64,000 nucleotides of DNA from Vicinamibacteria bacterium (GTDB lineage Bacteria > Acidobacteriota > Vicinamibacteria > Marinacidobacterales > Marinacidobacteraceae): assembly GCA_965199715.1 (NCBI GenBank), contig OZ241322.1:800001-864000 (forward strand). The letters are read 5' to 3'. Under the pieces are notes generated by a model, which was given only the letters and a program-made list of their open reading frames with translations, was not told where the DNA came from and ran no database searches. Positions 12,192 through 20,105 of the stretch are shown piece by piece. Numbering within the stretch: the first letter of the stretch is position 1; each line of letters opens with the position of its first letter. Both the position numbers and the translations under genes were made by a program.

Positions 12192-13976
12192 CTACTCGGG
12201 CGGGATGATCGGGAGCACGACCTTCGACGGCCGTTCGGTGTCGTGGTGGATCGTGTTCTCCGCGACGACGACGGGCATGTCCTCGTCCATCTCGCGCCCG
12301 GTGTTCCCGTTCGGATACCACTTGGGGAACGAGCTGCTGGAGACGGTCATGCGGATCCGGTGTCCGGCCTTGAACAGGTTCGAGATCGGGTACATCTCGA
12401 TCGTGAACTTGTACGTTTCGCCGGGAGTCATCAGCGTCGGAGCCTCGTCGCCGTCGCGGTAGCGGGCGCGCAGGATGTTCTGCCGCAGCGTCTGCGAGTA
12501 GCCGTCCGGATGCACGTCGGTGATCGTGACGGTCCAGTCGGTGTCCACCGCGCTGGACGAAGCCCACAGCTCCACGGTGGGCATGCCGGTGACCTCCGTG
12601 TCCTCGGTGAGCGCCGGGGTCGTGAACGTCAGGCTCCGCCGCTCGGCGGGCCGGTTGTCCCGGGCCCCGTTCGGCTCGATGAACAGATCCCCGCCGATCG
12701 AGGGAACCGGGTCGTTCGGGTCGTAGGCGAAGCTCGTCGGCGGCTCGGCGCCCGGCGGCTCGGTCCGCAGCGTCCCGTCGTTCAGGGAGTCGATCGATCC
12801 CGAGGACTCGGCCGAGAAGAAGTAGTCGGTCCGGACCTCCCGGGCCAGCGGGTACTCGTGCTCGCCGCGCCAGGAGTTCGCGCCCATCACGAAGAGGCTC
12901 ACCCGGGGCTCGTCCATGACCCCGTTCTCGATCCCCTTCAGGTGGTGGTCGAACCAGCGCGCCCGCAGCGCGTTGTAGTCGATCGCGGCCTCGGGGCCGA
13001 AGTCGAGGTCGCCGATCACGCGCGCCGTGACGGCGCCGGCTCCGTGGAGCCACGGGCCGATGAACAGCTTCTGGGCGTCGCGGGCGTTCGGCCCGCCCTC
13101 GGCCTGGATGCCGTTGAAGTGGGCGACCTGCGAGTGGGGGTAGCGGTCGTACCAGCTCGCGTAGTGGAAGATCGGAACGTCGATCTGGTCCCAGCGCTCA
13201 TCGACCGCGTACTGGCGCCAGTAGTCGTTGTAGTACGGGTTCTCGATCATGTCCGTCATCATCCGGGTGAGCATGCTCTTGCCGAAGTTCATGCCGGTCT
13301 CGAGGCGCCGCTCGTGCCAGCGCCGCCACGCCTCGTCCCCGCCGACGTAGCCGCCACGCCGGCCCGGGTCGTAGAGCGGAACCGGCTGGACCATCTCGTT
13401 CTGGGTCAGCAGCCACGTCGGCATGATCATGTGGAGCGCCCCGCCGGCCCAGTAGAGATCGCGGTAGGCGTTCGCCGCCGAGTGGGCGCAGAACATCGCG
13501 GCGAGGTGCGGCGGGCGGGTCGGAGCGGTCAGGTACTGGTTGAAGCAGGTGAAGGAGAGGCCCATCGTGCCCACCTTCCCGGTGGACCACGGCTGGGTCC
13601 CCGCCCACTCGATCGTGTCGTGGCCGTCCTGCCGCTCGTGCCACGCCTCGTCCAGCAGCCAGTAGTACACGCCCTCCGAGTTGTAGCGGCCGCGCTCGTC
13701 CTGGACGACCGTGACGTAGCCCCGCTGCGCGAAGTACGGCGCGTGCCGGTGCTCGCAGCCGCCCTTGTTGTAGGGCGTGCGCTCGAGGATGACCGGGAAC
13801 GGGCCGTCGCCCTGCCCCATGGGCATGTACACGTCGGCGGCGAGGCGGACCCCGTCGCGCATGGGAACCATGACCTCGCTGCATTCGTACCCCTGGGCCA
13901 ACGCGCTCCCGGCGGCAAGGAGGAACGCGCCGGCGAAACCGGCGAGGATCGTGAGGAAACGGCGGTTGCGGCTCAT
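12192..13976 (-). CDS. CocE/NonD family hydrolase, secreted
   Basis: Signal peptide, 'MRDGVRLAADVY', 'RTPYNK', 'QDERGR..SEG', 'WYD', 'GPWLH'. Confidence 0.9.
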   Translation of the reverse strand: MSRNRRFLTILAGFAGAFLLAAGSALAQGYECSEVMVPMRDGVRLAADVYMPMGQGDGPFPVILERTPYNKGGCEHRHAPYFAQRGYVTVVQDERGRYNSEGVYYWLLDEAWHERQDGHDTIEWAGTQPWSTGKVGTMGLSFTCFNQYLTAPTRPPHLAAMFCAHSAANAYRDLYWAGGALHMIMPTWLLTQNEMVQPVPLYDPGRRGGYVGGDEAWRRWHERRLETGMNFGKSMLTRMMTDMIENPYYNDYWRQYAVDERWDQIDVPIFHYASWYDRYPHSQVAHFNGIQAEGGPNARDAQKLFIGPWLHGAGAVTARVIGDLDFGPEAAIDYNALRARWFDHHLKGIENGVMDEPRVSLFVMGANSWRGEHEYPLAREVRTDYFFSAESSGSIDSLNDGTLRTEPPGAEPPTSFAYDPNDPVPSIGGDLFIEPNGARDNRPAERRSLTFTTPALTEDTEVTGMPTVELWASSSAVDTDWTVTITDVHPDGYSQTLRQNILRARYRDGDEAPTLMTPGETYKFTIEMYPISNLFKAGHRIRMTVSSSSFPKWYPNGNTGREMDEDMPVVVAENTIHHDTERPSKVVLPIIPPE

Positions 13977-14059
13977 GGGAGACCTCCCGGCGGCTGGCGA
14001 AACGCGGGAGTCGAGAGTAGGAGGGCCGCCGCGCCCCTGTCAATCGCCGGCCGGCGAGG

Positions 14060-14350
14060 TCACTTCCTGGTCAGCTTCGGCCCGACGTACACCACGACCA
14101 CCGGTTCGCCCGCCCGGATCGGCCAACTGTGGTGAATCCGCAGGGTCATCCGGCTGACCTTGCCGTGCCACGGGAACATGCGCTTCGCTCCGGGATTCGC
14201 CGGATCCGAAAAGGTCAACTCCCTGCGGAACCTGTTCTTCTCGCGATTCGAAGAGTCCGGGAACGCCGCCCGATCCCCGGTGAAGTAGTCTTGGAAGATC
14301 GCGTGGCCCTCCGCACTGCGAGTCCCATCGGCGCCGAAGGCCCCCGCCAA
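14060..14350 (-). pseudogene. C-terminal remnant of the third (effector-like) gene of a DUF262/AAA defence operon
   Basis: 'PWHGKV...RIHHSWP...VVYVGPKLTRK*' has a RelE-like C-terminal pattern; N-terminus missing. Confidence 0.5.
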
Positions 14351-14355
14351 GCGGT

Positions 14356-14595
14356 TCAGGACGCCAATTCAAGGGCCAACGAAAACGACCGCCCGGAACT
14401 GAGCTGATCCGTTACGTCCCGCACTCTCCCCAGTCGCACCACCGCTCCGTTCAGGACCAAGCGCCGGGACCACTCGCGCTCGCGCATGGTCTGGTGCACC
14501 AAGCCGAGCGCCTGCATCACCGAGGATTTTCCGGACGCATTGCGACCGCTCAGCACCGTAAGCGGCTCCAGCCCGCAGTTCAGCCGGTCAAAGGT
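14356..14595 (-). pseudogene. N-terminal remnant of an AAA/ABC-type ATPase (DUF3696-associated type)
   Basis: 'PLTVLSGRNASGKSSVMQAL' Walker A and 'LNGAVVRLG', then a stop after about 75 aa. Confidence 0.7.
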
Positions 14596-14716
14596 GGGTT
14601 GACCGGATAAGCATGTCATCCAGCGGATAGTCGCCCCACGAAGCGGCCTCGGCTTCCATCCCCTCTGGTTCGGGCCGCTCGTCAGTAACTGCGGCTGAGT
14701 TCTTGTCGATGGACAT
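14588..14716 (-). pseudogene. N-terminal remnant of a DUF262-like protein
   Basis: Own translation MSIDKNSAAVTDERPEPEGMEAEAASWGDYPLDDMLIRSTHL*, with GGAG upstream; 'WGDYPLD..LIR' recalls DUF262 N-termini. Confidence 0.5.
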
Positions 14717-14744
14717 GAGCGAAACTCCGGTGGAGGCGAATCGA

Positions 14745-15599
14745 TTACTTTAGCCGGTCGTACTCCCGAACCACGCAAGCCTTGCCGAAGCCCGGCGTGA
14801 TCGTGTTGTTCCGGGAGAGCTTGCCGAAATCCATCCGCAGCAGGCGGGCGAGGGCGGCGGGCGAGTGGGCCTTGAAGAGGATCCACTGCGTCGTGCGCTC
14901 GCAGCGGTCCGCGTCGGTCTCCTTGCGCCCGTAGTCCTGGTAGCCCTGACGGGGCACCGCGAAATCGAAGCCGTTCCCGAACACGTGGAGCGCCTGGCGC
15001 GTGTTGTTGTACTGCCACATGTCGAAGTCGGGGTGGCGGATGGGGGGCGGCTGGCGAAGCCGGAGATCGGGGTAGCCGTGGCCCGGCGCGCGGGTCCAGA
15101 CCTGGAACTCGGCGTTCAGTCGATAGTCGGGGTTGTCGGGGGTGTAGAACGCGCTTTCGGGCAGCGCGTGCGTCGCGATCCACTGGAGGTCGGGGCGGAG
15201 GTTCCGGTGGACCGAGTACTTGCGGAACTGCACCGGGACGATCATGGCGATCGTGCTCGCGAATTCCGCGGCCCGGTTGAAGAAGCGGGTCGCGAGCCGG
15301 GCGCGGTGTCCGAAGGGCGGGTTGCCGACGACCGCCGTGCGGTCCGGTTCCGCCTCGGGCGGACGCCACGTCAGGAAGTCCTCCCGGCGGACGCCGTCGG
15401 CTCCCGGCTCCACGTCCATGCCGATGCGGCGGGACTCGGGCAGCAGCCGGAAGAACGCCCCTTCGCCGGCCGAGGGTTCGACCCACAGGAGTCGGTCCCA
15501 GTCGAGGAAGTCCCGCGCGACCGCGCGCAGGAACCGGAGGCAGTCCCGCGCCACGGCGCCCTTCGTGTAGAACTGGTCCAGCCGCCGGGCGCGGTGCAT
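14745..15599 (-). CDS. Orphan amino (N6A/N4C) DNA methyltransferase
   Basis: 'DQFYT', SAM motif 'EPSAGEGAF', catalytic 'GNPPFG'. Confidence 0.8.
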   Translation of the reverse strand: MHRARRLDQFYTKGAVARDCLRFLRAVARDFLDWDRLLWVEPSAGEGAFFRLLPESRRIGMDVEPGADGVRREDFLTWRPPEAEPDRTAVVGNPPFGHRARLATRFFNRAAEFASTIAMIVPVQFRKYSVHRNLRPDLQWIATHALPESAFYTPDNPDYRLNAEFQVWTRAPGHGYPDLRLRQPPPIRHPDFDMWQYNNTRQALHVFGNGFDFAVPRQGYQDYGRKETDADRCERTTQWILFKAHSPAALARLLRMDFGKLSRNNTITPGFGKACVVREYDRLK

Positions 15600-15604
15600 C
15601 GGCG

Positions 15605-18517
15605 CTACTCCTCGTTCAGCACCTCGAGCGCCTCCCGGATGATCCCGGTGAGCCGCTCCGCTTCGTCCCGGTGGAGCGGCTCCGGCGGATGCAGCGTTCC
15701 CTGCCGGACGGCGTCGCCGGTGAAGCCCCCGTAGAGGCGGGCGAGACGGGCGAGCGCGGAGGGGTTGCGGAACCCGCCGGTCGGGCTGAGTTGGTCGAGC
15801 GCCTCCTGCGCCTCGTCGCTCAGGTCGTCCTCGCCCTCGAGGCCCGCCGCGACCGCGCACGCCTCCATGACCGTCGCGTGGATCTCCTCGAGGAACTCCG
15901 AACGCTCCGCGTACTGCTCCTCGGTCACGGTCTGGCCGGCGTCGAGGACGACCTCGATCGGGGCCGTGCGGGTCGCGGTCTCGGTCTGGAGGCGCGCCTG
16001 CCAGGCGCCGGTCGCGACCCGCGGCCCGGCGATGCGGCAAACCCCCGGCGCGTCCTCGGCTCCGCCAGCGCGGCGCAGGTCCCAGGCCACGCGCTGGAAG
16101 CCGCGCCGCTCCTCCACCTCCACGTCGGCGACGACGTTCTCGTCCTCGTCGAGGATCTGCAGCGAGACCGGCGCCATCGAGTCGGGGGTGGTCAGGTACA
16201 CGGTGAGCAGCGCCCCGTACGGCGGGTTCTCGCCGGCGTAACGAGCCTGCGCCTCGTAGCTCTCGTCCTTCCACGGCAGGAACACCTCGGCCGGCTTCGG
16301 CTCGAAGAGGAGCGAGCCGTCGGTCGTGCGCCGCGCGATCGGGCCGCTGTCGTCGAGGATGTAGATGGACCGCCCGTGGGTGCCGAAGACGAGATCCAGC
16401 TCGGTGGGGTGGATCTCGACGTCATCGACGGGGACGTCGGGAAGCCCGCCGGCGAACCGGACCCACGACCGGCCCCGGTCGAAGGTGATCGACGCGCCGG
16501 CCTCGGTGCCCGCGATCAGCACGTTCTCGCCGGCGGGGTGCTCGACGATGTCGTTCACCCACGCCCGGGGGAGCCCGAGCGAGATCGGGCTGAAGCGTCC
16601 GCCGCGGTTCTCGGAAACGAGGACGTAACCCGAGAAGTCGCCGGACTGGTGGCGGTCGATGGCGACGTAGAGCCGGTCCTCCCGGTGCGCCGAGGGGGTG
16701 ATCCGGCTGATCGCGTGCCGCTGGGTGTCGAGCGGCAGGTTCCGCTCCACGAATCTCCACGACTCGCCGCCGTCTTCGGACCGGGCCAGCCGGCCGTCGT
16801 CGGTGCCGACGTAGATGAGCCCCGCCACGAGCGGCGACTCGGCGAGCGTCGTGATGGTTCCCCACGCCGCGACGCCGTCGTGCATCGACAGCATTCCCTC
16901 CGCCGGGCGCACGCCGAGGATCGGCAGCTCGCTGCGGTCCTCGCTGCGGGTGAGGTCCTCGCTGGCGGTCCACGTGCCGCCGAGGTCGTCCGACGCGAAG
17001 AAGCGGTTTCCGCCGACGAAGATGCGCCCCGGCTCGTGCGTGGAGGAGGCGATCGGCGAGAGCCAGTGGAAGCGGTAGCGATTCTCGTCCGGCCCCGGCG
17101 TCGGGCGGATCGACATCCGGTTCCCGGTGCGGACGTCCAGCCGGACGAACCCGCCGTTCTGCGACGAGGTGATCGCGGTTCCGGCCACGCCGGGAACCGA
17201 CTCCTGATCCATGCCGTCGCCGAAGTTGATCTGGATCCAGTCGCTGTTCAGGATCCCGGCCTGCCGGCGGGTCTGCGACGGCCCCATCCACGAATGGGTG
17301 TCCTGCGCGCCCGCGTAGATGTTGTAGGGGGTCTCCGCATCCAGCGAGATCGCGTAGAACTGGGCGAGCGGGATGTTGTTCAGCTTCCGCCACGACCTGC
17401 CGCGGTCCCACGACTCGTGGACGCCGCCGTCGTTGCCGAGCAGGAGGTGGTGGTTCTCCTCGGGATCGACCCACAGCGCGTGGTGGTCCCCGTGCACCCC
17501 GATGTCGTAGGTCGGGGTCATGTCCTCGTTGCGCGTGAACGTCTCGCCGTGGTCGTCCGAGTAGTAGAACGCGGACCCCAGCACGTACACCCGCGCGTCG
17601 TCCACCGGGTCCACCTCGATGTGCGAGTAGTACATCGGGCGCGGGTTCAGGTCGTTCACCTTCGCCCAGTTCTGCCCCCGGTCCGGAGACCGGTACGTGC
17701 CCGACTCGGTCGCGTGCTCGATGGTCGCGAAGAGGACCGCCGGGTTCGACGCGGCCACCTCGACGCCGATCCGTCCCAGCGGGCCCTCGGGGATCCCGTT
17801 CTCGAGACGGTCCCAGGCGTCGCCGCCGTCGAAGGTGCGCCAGAGCCCGCCTTCGGGGCCGCCGCCGTTGAACCCCCACGCCGTCCTCCGGCGGGTGTAC
17901 ACGGCCGCGTAGAGGATCGTGGGATCGGTGGGATCCATCTCGATATCGACGGCGCCGGTGTCCGCCGAGATGTCGAGGACGTGCTCCCAGGTCTCGCCGG
18001 CGTCCGACGTCCGAAAGACGCCGCGCTGTCCGCCGGAGCGCCACAGCGGCCCAAGCGCCGCGACATAGACGAGATCGGGATCCTCCGGGTGGACGAGGAT
18101 GCGGCCGACGTGTTCGGACTGCGCGAGTCCGACGTTCTCGAACGTGTCCCCGCCGTCGCGCGAGAGATAGATCCCGTTGCCGAAGGAGGAGCTCTGACGG
18201 TTCGTCGGCTCGCCGGTCCCGACCCAGATCGTCTGCGGGTCGGACGGCGCGACCTCGACGGCTCCGAGCGAGGTCGTCCCGTAGTGGTCGAAGATGGAGT
18301 CCCAGGTGATCCCGTTGTTGCGGGTGCGGAACAGGCCGCCCGACGCCGTGGCCACGTAGAAGTGGTGGGGCCGTCCGGGAACCACGGCGAGGTCGGTGAC
18401 GCGCCCGGCCATCACCGCCGGACCGATCGCGCGCAGCGGGAGGTCGTCGAAGGCCTCCGTCTGGGCGGCGGCCGGAGCGGCGAGGAGAAGCGAGGCGAGC
18501 AGGGCGAGCCGGGTCAT
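15605..18517 (-). CDS. Secreted VPS10/sortilin-like BNR-repeat (glycosyl hydrolase-like) protein
   Basis: Signal peptide, 'R.IGPAVMAGR', many 'S.DGG.TW' Asp-boxes, 'DHHALW', 'GNDGG'. Confidence 0.85.
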   Translation of the reverse strand: MTRLALLASLLLAAPAAAQTEAFDDLPLRAIGPAVMAGRVTDLAVVPGRPHHFYVATASGGLFRTRNNGITWDSIFDHYGTTSLGAVEVAPSDPQTIWVGTGEPTNRQSSSFGNGIYLSRDGGDTFENVGLAQSEHVGRILVHPEDPDLVYVAALGPLWRSGGQRGVFRTSDAGETWEHVLDISADTGAVDIEMDPTDPTILYAAVYTRRRTAWGFNGGGPEGGLWRTFDGGDAWDRLENGIPEGPLGRIGVEVAASNPAVLFATIEHATESGTYRSPDRGQNWAKVNDLNPRPMYYSHIEVDPVDDARVYVLGSAFYYSDDHGETFTRNEDMTPTYDIGVHGDHHALWVDPEENHHLLLGNDGGVHESWDRGRSWRKLNNIPLAQFYAISLDAETPYNIYAGAQDTHSWMGPSQTRRQAGILNSDWIQINFGDGMDQESVPGVAGTAITSSQNGGFVRLDVRTGNRMSIRPTPGPDENRYRFHWLSPIASSTHEPGRIFVGGNRFFASDDLGGTWTASEDLTRSEDRSELPILGVRPAEGMLSMHDGVAAWGTITTLAESPLVAGLIYVGTDDGRLARSEDGGESWRFVERNLPLDTQRHAISRITPSAHREDRLYVAIDRHQSGDFSGYVLVSENRGGRFSPISLGLPRAWVNDIVEHPAGENVLIAGTEAGASITFDRGRSWVRFAGGLPDVPVDDVEIHPTELDLVFGTHGRSIYILDDSGPIARRTTDGSLLFEPKPAEVFLPWKDESYEAQARYAGENPPYGALLTVYLTTPDSMAPVSLQILDEDENVVADVEVEERRGFQRVAWDLRRAGGAEDAPGVCRIAGPRVATGAWQARLQTETATRTAPIEVVLDAGQTVTEEQYAERSEFLEEIHATVMEACAVAAGLEGEDDLSDEAQEALDQLSPTGGFRNPSALARLARLYGGFTGDAVRQGTLHPPEPLHRDEAERLTGIIREALEVLNEE

Positions 18518-19590
18518 GGCGAATCCTTGGGCGCGGTTCCGGCGAGCCGGAGCGTGACGGCCGCGAGCGCCACCCGCGGCGGAACCGAAGTGGACTTCAA
18601 CTTGTGGTCAACATCCGCGATCTGGATGAGGAGGATTCCGAGCGCCTGCCGGTCGAAGCGAGAAGCCGCCCGGGCGATCCGATCGCCGACGGCGGTCGGA
18701 ACTCCGAGAAGCTCGTGGACGGATTCGCCCCGGGGAGCGAAGCGCACGATCTGGATGCGCACGGCTAGATTGTAAAGAAGGTTCAAGAGCGCAAGCGGCG
18801 ATTCCCCCTCGGCGAGCAGCGAATCGAGCAGCGCGAGCGCCTCCGCCGGGCGCCCGGCCTCGACCGCGTTCGAGAACCGGAAGCGGTCGCGGGCGCTCCC
18901 CTCGCCGAGGAGCCCGCTCAGGTCGTCGAGCGTCGGCTTGCCGTCGGAGGACCAGACCGAGAGCTTCTCCAGCTCGTTGTGGATGCGGCGGACGTCGCGG
19001 CCGAACCGCGAAACCAGCAGCGCCGCCGCGCCCTTCGGGAGGGTCAGCCGGAACGAGGCGGCGTGACGGGAGATCCACGAACCGAGCGCCCGTTCCGGCG
19101 GCGGGTCGCAGTCGAACGCACGCAGATGGCCGGCCTTCACGGCGGCCCGAAGCGCCTTCTCGATCGCCGACCACTCCTGCCCCGGACTCTTCTCCCACTC
19201 GAGGATCAGGACCGCCGACTTCGGCGCCTTCACGAGCTCCGGGAAGACATCGTACAAGCGCTTCTTCCTGTCCGGACGGGTCAGCCGGACCGAATCGCGG
19301 ACCACGACCACCGAGCCGCCGCTGAACCCCGCCGACCGGACCGCGCCGAGGACGTCGTCGCGCGAGGCCGTGGCGCCGTTCAGCCGGCGGAGGCGGAACG
19401 AGGTCTCGCCGTCCTTGCCGAGGTGGTGCCGGACGCAGTGGCGGATGACCCGCTGGCGCAGCCAACTGTCCGAGCCGCCCACGAGCACCACGCTGGGAGT
19501 GCCGGGCGGAGGCAGTTTCGGGGCGCGGCTCGCCGCCGAGACCGGCGCGAGCGCCCGGAAGCGGTCCGAAAAGCCCTTCCCCCGGGCCAT
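18514..19590 (-). CDS. holA: DNA polymerase III delta subunit
   Basis: 'NELEKL', C-terminal 'D.KLKST'; leuS-lptE-holA synteny. Confidence 0.85.
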   Translation of the reverse strand: MARGKGFSDRFRALAPVSAASRAPKLPPPGTPSVVLVGGSDSWLRQRVIRHCVRHHLGKDGETSFRLRRLNGATASRDDVLGAVRSAGFSGGSVVVVRDSVRLTRPDRKKRLYDVFPELVKAPKSAVLILEWEKSPGQEWSAIEKALRAAVKAGHLRAFDCDPPPERALGSWISRHAASFRLTLPKGAAALLVSRFGRDVRRIHNELEKLSVWSSDGKPTLDDLSGLLGEGSARDRFRFSNAVEAGRPAEALALLDSLLAEGESPLALLNLLYNLAVRIQIVRFAPRGESVHELLGVPTAVGDRIARAASRFDRQALGILLIQIADVDHKLKSTSVPPRVALAAVTLRLAGTAPKDSP

Positions 19591-20105
19591 CAGAAGCCCT
19601 CGAGGATGGCCACGACGAGCGAGTCGGCGAACGCCTGCGAGATGCGCCTGAACGCGAGGCCCTCGCGGTCGAACGCCGCGTCGGGGTCGTCCCCGATCGC
19701 GAACTCGTCGCGCAGCGTGAACTCCTCGGCGGAGAACAGCTCCACGTCGTTCACCACGTCCTCGAGGACGACCTCGGCGCGCACGACCACAAGATACGTG
19801 GAAGCGACCCCGGACGCCGAATCAAGCTGGGCCGGCGAGAAGTCCACGCTGTTGATCGTCGCCCGCAGCACCGCCTGCGCCCCCTCCTCGAAGTCCTGGA
19901 CGTCGAAGCCGCCGCGCCGCTGGAACAGTTCGATCAGCGCGTCGGTCATGCCGTCCTCGATCTCGGGGAACGCGCTCTCGTTGGTGAACGGCGGGACGCC
20001 GAGGATCTCGACGTGCCCCGGAAGCCCGCCGCCGACTCCGGCGAGGCGGTAGCCGCACCCGGCGAGAAGAAGGATCGCCGCGGCTCCGGCGCGGGTCCGG
20101 CTCAC
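19590..20105 (-). CDS. lptE: LPS-assembly lipoprotein LptE
   Basis: Lipobox 'LLAGCGYRL'; lies between leuS and holA; GTGA overlap with leuS. Confidence 0.85.
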   Translation of the reverse strand: MSRTRAGAAAILLLAGCGYRLAGVGGGLPGHVEILGVPPFTNESAFPEIEDGMTDALIELFQRRGGFDVQDFEEGAQAVLRATINSVDFSPAQLDSASGVASTYLVVVRAEVVLEDVVNDVELFSAEEFTLRDEFAIGDDPDAAFDREGLAFRRISQAFADSLVVAILEGF

